From NCBI GenBank assembly GCA_028699175.1, contig JAQVVC010000002.1, positions 6,731 to 46,235 on the forward strand: a stretch of 39,505 bases of DNA. Direction: 5' to 3'. A program made the position numbers and the translations under genes. The notes beneath the pieces were generated by a model. It worked only from the letters and a program-made list of their open reading frames with translations. It was not told the origin of the DNA and did no database searches. Of the stretch, positions 17,700-26,693 are shown piece after piece; positions within the stretch are counted from its first letter, which is position 1, and every line of letters starts with the position of its first letter. The stretch comes from Bacilli bacterium (GTDB lineage Bacteria > Bacillota_I > Bacilli_A > RF39 > UBA660).

Positions 17700-18371
17700 A
17701 TGTTTGAAAGAATGATTAGCTTAATTGGTAAAGATAAATTTTCTAAATTACAAACAACTAATGTTTTAGTTGTTGGTATAGGTGGAGTAGGCGGCTATGC
17801 TTTAGAAGCATTAGCTAGATCTGGAATTATAAATATATCAATTATTGATTATGATAAAATAGAAATTACTAATCTAAATAGACAAATAATTTCTTCTAAT
17901 GATAATATTGGACTTAATAAAGTTGATGTAGCTAAAGAACGAGTACTAAAAATAAATCCTGATCTTAAAATTGCTATTTTTAATGAAAATTTAACTAAAG
18001 ATAATATTGATTCTATACTTAAAAATAAATATGATTATGTAATTGATGCTTGTGATACAATCGATACAAAAGTTTTAATTATTGAAAAATCATTAAAATA
18101 TAAATTTAAATTAATATCATGCATGGGGACAGCAAATAAAACTAATCCCGCTTTACTTTCCATTACTGAATTATCCAAAACAAATAATGATCCAATTGCT
18201 AAGATATTACGAAAAAAAGTAAAAGAATTAAAAATTAATAAAAAGATTTCAGTTGTTAGTAGTACTGAAACACCAATTGCAAATAAAAATTTGGGTACAA
18301 ATAGTTATATACCAGGAATTGCTGGGTTATTATGTGCTAGTTATGTTATTAATGATATAACAAAAAAGTAG
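17700..18371 (+). CDS. tcdA: tRNA threonylcarbamoyladenosine dehydratase (ThiF/E1-like, YrvM/CsdL)
   Basis: 223 aa with VLVVGIGGVGGYALEALARSGI, ITNLNRQ and DACDT. It lacks the MoeB/ThiF C-terminal Cys motifs. Confidence 0.8.
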   Translation: MFERMISLIGKDKFSKLQTTNVLVVGIGGVGGYALEALARSGIINISIIDYDKIEITNLNRQIISSNDNIGLNKVDVAKERVLKINPDLKIAIFNENLTKDNIDSILKNKYDYVIDACDTIDTKVLIIEKSLKYKFKLISCMGTANKTNPALLSITELSKTNNDPIAKILRKKVKELKINKKISVVSSTETPIANKNLGTNSYIPGIAGLLCASYVINDITKK

Positions 18372-18388
18372 ATTGTTCTACTTTTTTT
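18362..18388. terminator. Bidirectional terminator shared by the convergent tcdA and gpsA
   Basis: AAAAAAGTAGA ttgt TCTACTTTTTT. Both stop codons (TAG 18369-18371; minus-strand TAG 18378-18380) lie inside the stem. Confidence 0.7.
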
Positions 18389-19346
18389 TGATTAAGAAAT
18401 CAACTAATAAATTAGGATCGGCGTCTTTCATAATGATTTTATATATCAAATCAATGACTGGCATTTTAATTCTTTTTCTACGAAGGAGAGTATATATGGA
18501 TTTTAAAGTATAGTATCCTTCTACGGTATTTGTTTCTAAATATTTATTAGCCTGGTCTTTTTTACCTTTACCAATTAATATTCCATATGAATAGTTACGA
18601 CTTTTTTCACTAGTACATGTAAGAAGTAAATCGCCTATACCAGCAAAAGAGAGAATAGTTTTCTTCTTTCCTCCAAGTACTCTAATTAATTCTTTAATAT
18701 CATGCATTGATTCAACTATTAAAAAACTTCTTGTTGATTCATTATATCCTAAACCATTTAATATCCCAGATGCAACAGCAATTACATTTTTTATTGAACC
18801 GCATATTTCAATACCAATAATATCAGTACTATTTCTAAGTTTAATGGTATCACTTGTTAAAGCTTTTTTAATTTTTGATTTGGTTTTAAAAGATTTTGAA
18901 GCAATAGCAAATCCGATCGGTTCATTATTTACTACATCAATTGCAAAAGAAGGGCCTGAAATAACTGATATATATTTAGTTTTTATATAATCATTAAAAA
19001 CTTGATGGACAAATTTGCAACTTCCTTGTTCTATCCCTTTACTGCCAATACAAAAATGCATCTTATCATTAATAAATGGTTTCATATTCGCAGCAACATC
19101 TCCAACATATTTAGCAGCAACCATAATAAATACTATTTCTGCGTCTTTTAGTGCTTCTTCATAATTATTAGTAAATTTTATATCTTTTGGTATTTTTTGT
19201 CCTGGTATTATTTCTTTTTTGCCTTTTTGAAGTAAGTCTACTTCTTCTTTATTATGGGTCCACATTATAATATTATTACCATTTTTATAAAGCATTTTTG
19301 CTATTGCATAACCAAAAGCACCTGTTCCTATTACTGTTACATTCAA
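18378..19346 (-). CDS. gpsA: NAD(P)H-dependent glycerol-3-phosphate dehydrogenase
   Basis: 322 aa with VIGTGAFGYAIA, GSKGIE, SGPSFAIDV and GIGDLLLTCTSEKSRNYSYG. TTG start with a GAGGAG SD 6 nt upstream, overlapping the rarA TGA stop. Confidence 0.9.
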   Translation of the reverse strand: MNVTVIGTGAFGYAIAKMLYKNGNNIIMWTHNKEEVDLLQKGKKEIIPGQKIPKDIKFTNNYEEALKDAEIVFIMVAAKYVGDVAANMKPFINDKMHFCIGSKGIEQGSCKFVHQVFNDYIKTKYISVISGPSFAIDVVNNEPIGFAIASKSFKTKSKIKKALTSDTIKLRNSTDIIGIEICGSIKNVIAVASGILNGLGYNESTRSFLIVESMHDIKELIRVLGGKKKTILSFAGIGDLLLTCTSEKSRNYSYGILIGKGKKDQANKYLETNTVEGYYTLKSIYTLLRRKRIKMPVIDLIYKIIMKDADPNLLVDFLIKKK

Positions 19347-20542
19347 TGTTTACTCCTCATTTCATTATTTATTTTATTTAAATTATTCTCATAATTATTT
19401 ATTTTAGGCTTATAAAACTTTAAATTTTTTATTTCATTAGGTAAATATTGTTGGTCTATCCAATAATTTTTATAATTATGAGGATACTTATATTCTTTAC
19501 TTGATGTTTTGATATGGTTAGGGACATTACCTGTATTTCCTTTTCTAATAGTATTTATTGCACTATCTATAGATATAACAGCACTATTACTTTTAGGAGA
19601 TAAAGCCATTTCTATTACTACGACTGATAAAGGAATTCTTCCTTCAGGTAGCCCTAATAATTTAACTGATTCAATAGCTGCTATTACTTTAGGGCCTATT
19701 CCAGGATTAGCAAGACCTATATCTTCATAAGCTATTACTGTCATTCTTCTAAATATGATATCTAGATCTTCAGATTCAAGCAAAAGACCTAAATAATATA
19801 AAGCCGCGTTAGCATCACTACCTCTAATTGATTTTTGAAAAGCACTTATAATATCATAATAATTAGAATTATTTTTATCTATATATATAACTGGTTTTGA
19901 ATTAATTGCTTTTAATACATCAATAGTAACATTACCATCACTAGTACTATAATAAGCCATTTCTAATAGATTTAAAGCACTTCTTAAATCACCAGAAGTT
20001 AAATCAACAATAGCATTTATTACATCTTCCTTTACTTTAATATTATCTAAATATTTAACCCCTTTTTTTAAACCTTTTTTTATCTCATCATTAGATAAAG
20101 GATTAACTTTAAATATTTGGCATCTACTTCTAATAGCGGGATTAATAGAATGATAAGGATTGGATGTAGTAAGACCAATTATTATTATCATACCACTTTC
20201 AATATATGGAAGTAAGATATCTTGTTTATCTTTATTCATACGATGAATTTCATCGATAACTAATATTATTTCTCCTAGCATTTTAGCTTCTTCGATAACA
20301 ATATCAAAATCGCTTTTATTATTAATTACGGCATTAAGTAAACGATAATTTTTATTAAGTTCATTTATTATAGCTTCAGCTAAAGATGTCTTACCAGTGC
20401 CGGGAGCTCCATATAAAATCATAGAAAATATTTTTTTATTCTTAATTAAATTAGTTATTATTTTGTTTTGTCCAACTAAATGGTCTTGGCCAATTATTTC
20501 TTTTAATTTTTTAGGACGCATTTTGTTTGCAAGTAATTCCAT
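19343..20542 (-). CDS. rarA: Replication-associated recombination protein A (MgsA/YrvN AAA+ ATPase)
   Basis: 399 aa with MRPKKLKEIIGQDHL, YGAPGTGKTSLA, VIDEIHRMNK and an MgsA_C region (AFQKSIRGSDANAALYYL). Confidence 0.93.
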   Translation of the reverse strand: MELLANKMRPKKLKEIIGQDHLVGQNKIITNLIKNKKIFSMILYGAPGTGKTSLAEAIINELNKNYRLLNAVINNKSDFDIVIEEAKMLGEIILVIDEIHRMNKDKQDILLPYIESGMIIIIGLTTSNPYHSINPAIRSRCQIFKVNPLSNDEIKKGLKKGVKYLDNIKVKEDVINAIVDLTSGDLRSALNLLEMAYYSTSDGNVTIDVLKAINSKPVIYIDKNNSNYYDIISAFQKSIRGSDANAALYYLGLLLESEDLDIIFRRMTVIAYEDIGLANPGIGPKVIAAIESVKLLGLPEGRIPLSVVVIEMALSPKSNSAVISIDSAINTIRKGNTGNVPNHIKTSSKEYKYPHNYKNYWIDQQYLPNEIKNLKFYKPKINNYENNLNKINNEMRSKH

Positions 20543-20621
20543 TACTTATCACCAAACATAATTATATAATATATTTGCTAATTTTTCTATAACTATGTAT
20601 AATTTAATTATGGTGATATAC

Positions 20622-21491
20622 ATGGAAAATAAGTTAATTATTAATAGGTTTATTAAATATTTAACAATCGAAAGAAATTATTCAGATAATACAATTTTAT
20701 CTTATCAAAATGAAATATCAAAATTTGCTTCATATTATAAAAAAGATATTAGTACTGCTAAAACAGAAGATATAAAAAAATATTTAGAAATAAAAAAGGA
20801 ATTAAGTAATAAAACAATAACTCATAAGATAAGTTCTTTAAAAGCTTTTTATAATTATTTGCTAAGAGAAGAAATAATTCATAATAATCCTGCAAATAAT
20901 TTAATTAGACCTAAGAACACCTTTAAACTTCCTGATGTTCTAAATTTAGAAGAGATAAATTTATTACTGGATATAAATATTAAAACTCCTTATAATGCTA
21001 GAGATAAAGCTATTTTAGAATTATTATATTCTACTGGAATAAGAGTCACTGAATTAATTAATTTACAATATGCTAATATTGATTTTGACTTATGTATTAT
21101 TAGAGTAATGGGGAAGGGGAGAAAAGAAAGAATTATTCCTTTTGGTGATTATGTAATTGATGCTCTTAATATTTATCTAAAAAATTACCGTCCTCTAATA
21201 AATAAAAATAATAATAATTATATTTTCATCAATAAAAGTGGTAATAAAATAAGTCGTCAATTTATATTTAATATGATAAAAAAAGAATGCTTAAAAAAAG
21301 GTATCAAGAAAAATGTTTCTCCTCATACCTTACGTCATACTTTTGCAACTCATCTTTTAAAAAATGGAGCTGATTTAAGAATTATTCAAGAACTACTTGG
21401 TCATGAAAATTTATCTACTACTCAGATTTATACGCATATTTCAAAAGAAAAGTTACAATCTGAATATAATAATATTCACCCTAGAAATTAA
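20622..21491 (+). CDS. Tyrosine site-specific recombinase, XerC/XerD type
   Basis: N-terminal SAM-like domain (FIKYLTIERNYSDNTILSYQNEI). Catalytic ARDKAILELLYSTGIRVTE...HTLRHTFATHLLKNGADLRIIQELLGHENLSTTQIYTH. ATG 20622 has a GGTGAT SD; the track's ATG 20595 sits inside a TATAAT box. Confidence 0.85.
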   Translation: MENKLIINRFIKYLTIERNYSDNTILSYQNEISKFASYYKKDISTAKTEDIKKYLEIKKELSNKTITHKISSLKAFYNYLLREEIIHNNPANNLIRPKNTFKLPDVLNLEEINLLLDINIKTPYNARDKAILELLYSTGIRVTELINLQYANIDFDLCIIRVMGKGRKERIIPFGDYVIDALNIYLKNYRPLINKNNNNYIFINKSGNKISRQFIFNMIKKECLKKGIKKNVSPHTLRHTFATHLLKNGADLRIIQELLGHENLSTTQIYTHISKEKLQSEYNNIHPRN

Positions 21492-21622
21492 TTATAATTA
21501 TTTCTATTATTAGCATTGTTAGAATTACTATTATTATTGTTTCTTGCTCTAGAATTTGATTTTGCATTATTACTTCTTGCTGATGATTTAGATCTTGATT
21601 TATTTTTAGCTTTACTGTTCAT
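21488..21622 (-). CDS. Candidate 44-aa basic, Asn/Ser-rich microprotein
   Basis: Below the ORF-track threshold. AGGAGG SD 8 nt upstream of the ATG at 21622. Translation: MNSKAKNKSRSKSSARSNNAKSNSRARNNNNSNSNNANNRNNYN. Its stop overlaps the convergent recombinase stop. Confidence 0.35.
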   Translation of the reverse strand: MNSKAKNKSRSKSSARSNNAKSNSRARNNNNSNSNNANNRNNYN

Positions 21623-21746
21623 ACTAATTACCTCCTATTAGTATTATGGTTTTTATTAGAATAATAATTCATTAAATAGGGTTCTTTTTATGGTAATATT
21701 TGGCTTTAAATAGTCTTTTTTTAATGATATTTCATATTAATTAAAT

Positions 21747-22496
21747 ATGGAAATATTAATTGCCTTAACAATTAGTCTTGTAGCAGGTTTATCTACTGTA
21801 TTAGGAGCTTTATTTATTTTTTATAAACCAATAAATAAGTATAATTTTATTGGTTCTTGTTTAGCTTTTTCAGCAACAATAATGCTTCTTATTTCTGTAA
21901 CAGAATTAATACCGAAGGGTTTTATTTATATAAAATATAAACATAGTTTTATTTTAGCTATGTTTATATTAATAATTATGTTATTTATCGGAAATTTAAT
22001 ATCTAGTACTTTAAATAAAAAAATTAATAAAATTGCTCAAAATAGTAATAATTTATATAGAGTAGGGATTTTAAGTATGATAGTTTTAATCATTCATAAC
22101 TTTCCAGAAGGTATTTTAACTTTTCTCGGATCAATGATTGATATTAATTTTGGTTTATCTATTGCTACATCAATAATGCTTCATAATATACCAGAAGGTA
22201 TAGCAATAGCAATACCTATATACTACGCTACAAAATCAAGAAGGAAAGCAATTAAAAATGTCTTTTTAAGTGGATTATCAGAGCCTATCGGAGCTTTATT
22301 AGCTTGGATATTTTTATATAGATACTTAAATAATTTTATAATTAGTATTATTCTTTTATTTGTTGCAGCTTTAATGATTAGTATTGCTATAAATGATATA
22401 TTTGAAGAAGCAAATAAATACTCTAGAAAAAGTGTGTTAATAGGAATATTTTTAGCATGTATATTTTTTACTATCAATTCACTAATATTAAATTAA
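21747..22496 (+). CDS. zupT: ZIP-family zinc transporter
   Basis: 249 aa, about 8 TM helices, with HNFPEGI and HNIPEGIAIA motifs. Confidence 0.88.
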   Translation: MEILIALTISLVAGLSTVLGALFIFYKPINKYNFIGSCLAFSATIMLLISVTELIPKGFIYIKYKHSFILAMFILIIMLFIGNLISSTLNKKINKIAQNSNNLYRVGILSMIVLIIHNFPEGILTFLGSMIDINFGLSIATSIMLHNIPEGIAIAIPIYYATKSRRKAIKNVFLSGLSEPIGALLAWIFLYRYLNNFIISIILLFVAALMISIAINDIFEEANKYSRKSVLIGIFLACIFFTINSLILN

Positions 22497-22679
22497 CATA
22501 ATAGAAAAAATTATTGATGTTAGAAATTAAAAAAAAATATTATTTTTTTAAAAATAATACTTTTTAAATTAATATATTAGTGAAAGAGAGTATTTTGATA
22601 TATTTTAAAATAATAATTTGGTTACTATTAACAAGTTAACATAATATACATTATAGGAAGTTACTATTTATTAAAAATA

Positions 22680-23453
22680 TTAAGCTCTTCGTGTTTCTAT
22701 TTCAGCCATTTTCTCTAGTACTTCAGTAGCATTATCTTGATTAATATCATTATAACCAAGTTCTCTTAAAGCTTGAATTTTTACTGAATTAAGTTGTTGA
22801 GTTCTAGATAATCTTTCTTCAGTTCTAGTTTCTATTTCTTGAACAAACCTTTTATGAGATTCTACAACTTTATTTTTGCTTGCTCCTCCACTACTATATA
22901 AAGAAAAAGCAGAGTGGATTATACCTTCAAACATAAATTGTTTATCTTCATTAAATTTAAATTCATGAGGTTTTGTAAATCCGGTTGCTTTAGACATATA
23001 CGCAAGTAAATATCTAATTTCTGGTACATTATCAAGAGATTGTAGTAAATGGTATAAATATAACAAAGCATAGTAATTTTCTTCGTGTTCTTGAGTATCT
23101 ACTAACTTATCTTTAATTAAATAGGTTATATCACCTATTAATTGTTGTTCTTCTTTTTTTAAGCCTTTTAAATCTAAAAATTCTCCTTGAACATTATCTT
23201 TTAATCCTTTATTTAATCTTTCAGTTACTGCTAACAAATATTCAGTATTTATTTTTATATTTTCTAAAGTTTCATTATCACCGTCTTCAATATCAAGAAG
23301 CTTAAATAAAGAAATCTTTTTTTCTTTCGGCCATTTACTTAAGTTTGGTAATTCTAAATAGTTATAAACCATTTGTCTTGATACTCCTAAATATTTTGCT
23401 AATCTTACTTTTGATATACCTAGTTCTAGTAATATATTATTTAATTGTTCCAT
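22680..23453 (-). CDS. XRE-family helix-turn-helix protein with an uncharacterised helical C-terminal domain
   Basis: 257 aa. N-terminal LGISKVRLAKYLGVSRQMVYNYL HTH. The remaining ~190 aa carry no motif I recognise. AGAGGAG SD. Confidence 0.8.
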   Translation of the reverse strand: MEQLNNILLELGISKVRLAKYLGVSRQMVYNYLELPNLSKWPKEKKISLFKLLDIEDGDNETLENIKINTEYLLAVTERLNKGLKDNVQGEFLDLKGLKKEEQQLIGDITYLIKDKLVDTQEHEENYYALLYLYHLLQSLDNVPEIRYLLAYMSKATGFTKPHEFKFNEDKQFMFEGIIHSAFSLYSSGGASKNKVVESHKRFVQEIETRTEERLSRTQQLNSVKIQALRELGYNDINQDNATEVLEKMAEIETRRA

Positions 23454-23487
23454 ATTTTATATACTCCTCTACTCTATTTACATATTA

Positions 23488-23521
23488 ATTTTATCGTAGT
23501 TAACACTTACTTGTCAAGTAA
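23488..23521 (-). promoter_or_regulatory. Promoter of the HTH gene with a 15-bp perfect palindrome over the -35
   Basis: On the minus strand: TTGACA (23517-23512), 18-nt spacer, TAAAAT (23493-23488). TTACTTGTCAAGTAA (23507-23521) is a perfect 7-1-7 inverted repeat centred on the -35. Confidence 0.45.
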
Positions 23522-23555
23522 TTTAAGCTTTTTTGCTAATATAAATAAAAACAGC

Positions 23556-24662
23556 TTATAAATAATCTAATTTTTTATTATCGTTATATATATTTTTAAT
23601 TATACCTGAACCAATACATTGTTCTCCTAAATAAAATACACATGCTTGACCTGGAGTAACAGCTTTTACTTTGGAAGGATATTTAACTAGTATTTCATTA
23701 TTTTCTAAATATTCAAGTATTACTTCTATATCTGGCCCACGATATCTAAATTTAGCTGTACAAAAAGTAGGATTAGTTGGACTTATTATATTAACTTGAT
23801 CTACTAAGCAAGCATCACTATATAAATATTTATTATTTTTACCAAAGGCAATATATAATATATTATCTTTAACATTTTTACCTACAACGAAGTGCTTTTC
23901 TGGATTACCACTTATACCTACATTTCTTCTTTGTCCAACAGTATAATTCATTAATCCAGTATGAGTTCCTACTTCATTACCAGTATCTATATCAATTATT
24001 TTACCTGGATTAGGTTTTAAATAATTAGAAATAAATTTTTGATAGTTTCTTTCACCAATAAAGCAAATACCTGTTGAATCTTTTTTCTTAGCAGTTGATA
24101 AATTTAATTCTGCAGCTATTTTTCTAACTTCAGGCTTAGTAATATTTCCTAAAGGAAATAAAACATTCTTTAAATTATTAAGAGGTACCGCAGCTAAAAA
24201 ATAGGTTTGATCTTTATTTAAATCTTTAGCCCGGCATAATCTATTGCCAGAAATTTTAGCATAATGTCCAGTTGCAACATAATCAGCTCCTAATTTTTGG
24301 GCTTCTTTAATAAATAAATCAAATTTTATATATTTATTACACATTAAATCTGGATTAGGTGTTCTTCCTTTTTCTAGTTCATCTAAAAAATATTTAAACA
24401 CATAATCCCAGTACTCTTTAATAAAATCTACTCTATGTAAAGGAATTTTTAATTTTTCACATACTTTAAGAGCGTCGTTATAATCTTGTTCTTGAGGGCA
24501 GATTTCCATATTTAAATTAGGATTACCTTCAGTATCATTATTGACTAAAGAATCCCAATTTCTCATGAAAAGACCAATAACTTCATAACCTTCTTTTAAC
24601 AGTAAATATGCAGCTACTGAAGAGTCTACTCCCCCACTCATTCCAATGACAACTTTTTTCAT
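23556..24662 (-). CDS. mnmA: tRNA 2-thiouridine(34) synthase
   Basis: MKKVVIGMSGGVDSSVAAYLL PP-loop, RTPNPDLMCNKYIKF, ATGHYA, KDQTYFL. ATG 24662 is preferred over the track's GTG 24671. Confidence 0.95.
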   Translation of the reverse strand: MKKVVIGMSGGVDSSVAAYLLLKEGYEVIGLFMRNWDSLVNNDTEGNPNLNMEICPQEQDYNDALKVCEKLKIPLHRVDFIKEYWDYVFKYFLDELEKGRTPNPDLMCNKYIKFDLFIKEAQKLGADYVATGHYAKISGNRLCRAKDLNKDQTYFLAAVPLNNLKNVLFPLGNITKPEVRKIAAELNLSTAKKKDSTGICFIGERNYQKFISNYLKPNPGKIIDIDTGNEVGTHTGLMNYTVGQRRNVGISGNPEKHFVVGKNVKDNILYIAFGKNNKYLYSDACLVDQVNIISPTNPTFCTAKFRYRGPDIEVILEYLENNEILVKYPSKVKAVTPGQACVFYLGEQCIGSGIIKNIYNDNKKLDYL

Positions 24663-24688
24663 ATAAATCACATTGTAATTATATCAAT

Positions 24689-25273
24689 TTATAGTAAAAA
24701 AAGAAAGTAAGCTAGGATTTTATTACCAAATAAATAAATTAGTAAATCAAATACTATTACAATTATAAAAACAAAACCATTTTTTAATAATTGTAAAAAT
24801 ACTAGTTCATATATCTTATAATCTTTATTTTTAATAACTTTATAAAGCTTTTTACTAAATCTTAAGGCAATGATTAACATATATATTAAAATGAAATAGA
24901 AAATCAATTTATTTATAATAATGAAGATAAATCCATACAATAATCCTTTTATTTTTTTATAATGAAAAAAACCCCCTATTAAAAAACCAATGCTTATTCC
25001 TTCATAAAATAAATAAAATAACATTACAGGTATTCCTAAAACAAATAATGAAAATATAGTAAATATTGATATAATTATTAAATGATAAATAAAATTATTT
25101 TGTTTAGTATTTGATAATGTATTGCCTAAATTAGATAGTTCATTTATGATGCTACTTTTAGTAATATCCGGTTGAATAATATATATATATATTCCTATTA
25201 AAAAGCCTAAAATAAATAATGATACCAGAAATTTAATTAACAATTTATTATTGCTTGTCCATTTTAATTTCAT
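24689..25273 (-). CDS. Polytopic membrane protein, SpoIIM/DUF95-like
   Basis: 194 aa with a TM pattern and a central LFYLFYEGISIGFLIGGFF...GLLYGFIFIIINKLIF resembling stage II sporulation protein M family proteins. Confidence 0.45.
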   Translation of the reverse strand: MKLKWTSNNKLLIKFLVSLFILGFLIGIYIYIIQPDITKSSIINELSNLGNTLSNTKQNNFIYHLIIISIFTIFSLFVLGIPVMLFYLFYEGISIGFLIGGFFHYKKIKGLLYGFIFIIINKLIFYFILIYMLIIALRFSKKLYKVIKNKDYKIYELVFLQLLKNGFVFIIVIVFDLLIYLFGNKILAYFLFLL

Positions 25274-25351
25274 ATAATCACCATTTAATTATATTTTAGT
25301 CTTCCAATATTATGAATTATTTTGTATAATTGTATATAGGTGATAAAAGAA

Positions 25352-25462
25352 ATGGCAAATAAAACTAAGAAAAAAAAGAAAAATTTAGGGGCTAAAATAT
25401 TTGTTTGGATTTTAGTATTAGTTATGGTTATAAGTACTATTGGTTTTATATCTTTATGGTAA
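25352..25462 (+). CDS. 36-aa DUF4044-like membrane microprotein
   Basis: AGGTGAT SD 7 nt upstream. Translation MANKTKKKKKNLGAKIFVWILVLVMVISTIGFISLW (Lys-rich N-terminus plus a single TM helix). It is followed directly by a terminator, and a TATAAT box lies at 25325-25330. It explains this locus better than the antisense 64-aa track ORF. Confidence 0.5.
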   Translation: MANKTKKKKKNLGAKIFVWILVLVMVISTIGFISLW

Positions 25463-25471
25463 TAACTAAAA

Positions 25472-25490
25472 AACCTCAATTTTTGAGGTT
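25472..25490. terminator. Bidirectional intrinsic terminator
   Basis: AACCTCAA (25472-25479) ttt TTGAGGTT (25483-25490), flanked by an A-run and a T-run. It ends both the microprotein gene and the minus-strand sugar transferase operon. Confidence 0.7.
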
Positions 25491-26045
25491 TTTATTTGTA
25501 AATAAATCAAAAAATTGAATTATAACAATTAATATTGATTTAAAAAATAGTTTGATATCGGTTTTAAATGATATTTCATCAACATATTTTAAATCATTTT
25601 TTATTTTATTATCATGAGTAGAATATCTTCTTCCTTCACTTTGAGCATATCCAAATACTCCTGGTTTAACTAAATATCTTTTAGGATTATATGAATTTTT
25701 AGGTAATTCATCGTTAGTCATAAAAGGTCTAGGTCCTATAAATGACATATCTCCTTTTATAATATTAAATAACTGAGGTAATTCATCTAAACCAGATTGC
25801 CTTATTACTTTAGATACTTTCGTAATTCTTTGATCTCGGTTTAAGTTTATATCATCTTTCATAGATTTAAATTTATATATTATAAATGGTTTTTTATATA
25901 AACCCATTCTTTCTTGTTTAAATATTATTTTACCTTTTAAATTGATTTTTAATATTAAATAAATAATAATCATTAAGGGAAATAAAATGATTAAGAAAAT
26001 TAATGCCAAAATAAAGTCTAATAAACTTTTTATATAACTATACAT
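25476..26045 (-). CDS. Bacterial sugar transferase (undecaprenyl-phosphate hexose-1-phosphate transferase, EpsL/WbaP C-domain type)
   Basis: 189 aa with one N-terminal TM helix, FKQERMGLYKKPFIIYKFKSM, RITKVSKVIRQSGLDELPQLFNIIKGDMSFIGPRP. Confidence 0.85.
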   Translation of the reverse strand: MYSYIKSLLDFILALIFLIILFPLMIIIYLILKINLKGKIIFKQERMGLYKKPFIIYKFKSMKDDINLNRDQRITKVSKVIRQSGLDELPQLFNIIKGDMSFIGPRPFMTNDELPKNSYNPKRYLVKPGVFGYAQSEGRRYSTHDNKIKNDLKYVDEISFKTDIKLFFKSILIVIIQFFDLFTNKNLKN

Positions 26046-26046
26046 C

Positions 26047-26691
26047 TTATTTAGCTAATCTTTTTAAAAAGATTTCTTCTTTCTTATGTTTTATTATAGT
26101 AATAATTTTATATTTAGGAATGTTTTCTAATACGGCTCTTTTCTTTTTTAATAAAAATTCAAAATATTTCTTATTACCATTAATTAAAAATGGTCCATAC
26201 TTTAATTCTTTAAATGAATATTTTCTTTTTCCTTTTTCAAAGACAATATTTATATAATAATGACCTCTATCATAGACAATTGATTCATGAGTAATATAAT
26301 ATTCTTTTAATACCAAATATTTTCGTAATAAATAATGGTCATTATTGGATTGAATAATTAGTTTATTTATTTGTTTTAAATTGGGATGACTTAAAATTTT
26401 TATTATTGTGTTTGTACCTAATCCTGATATTATTATTGTATTAATGTTTTCATCAATTATATTAATTCCATTACTTAATATAGGATCTATTTTATCCTGT
26501 AATTTATATTTTTTAATATTTTTAATAGCATTATTTAACGCTTTTTGATTTATATCGCTAACAACAATATTTTCTAATATATTGTTTTTTACTAAGTAAA
26601 TGCCTAATATAGCATGATCACAACCTATATCCATAACTTTATCTTCTTTTTTGATTAAACAGGCGATGGATTTTAATCTATTACTAAGCAT
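26047..26691 (-). CDS. trmK: tRNA (adenine22-N1)-methyltransferase
   Basis: 214 aa with LSNRLKSIACLI...VMDIGCDHAILGIYLV...VVSDIN. Position downstream of sigA as in Bacillus (yqfN). Confidence 0.8.
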   Translation of the reverse strand: MLSNRLKSIACLIKKEDKVMDIGCDHAILGIYLVKNNILENIVVSDINQKALNNAIKNIKKYKLQDKIDPILSNGINIIDENINTIIISGLGTNTIIKILSHPNLKQINKLIIQSNNDHYLLRKYLVLKEYYITHESIVYDRGHYYINIVFEKGKRKYSFKELKYGPFLINGNKKYFEFLLKKKRAVLENIPKYKIITIIKHKKEEIFLKRLAK

Positions 26692-26693
26692 TT

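Noticed and set aside
20622-21491. Tyrosine recombinase as a marker of an integrated mobile element
   Set aside because: It has XerC/XerD-type sequence features. It is flanked by rarA/gpsA and zupT, with no phage, transposase or conjugation genes, and I could find no flanking direct repeats. It is most likely the chromosomal dimer-resolution recombinase.
22530-22575. A/T-only near-palindrome (AAAAAATATTATTTTT..AAAAATAATACTTTTT) as the zupT terminator
   Set aside because: The stem would consist only of A:U pairs with a mismatch. This is too weak to call and is common by chance at this base composition.
22497-22679. Possible signalling-peptide ORFs next to the HTH gene (for example 7-aa MYIMLTC on the minus strand, 15-aa MLEIKKKYYFFKNNTF on the plus strand)
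   Set aside because: None has an SD or secretion-like features. They are indistinguishable from random ORFs in AT-rich spacer DNA.
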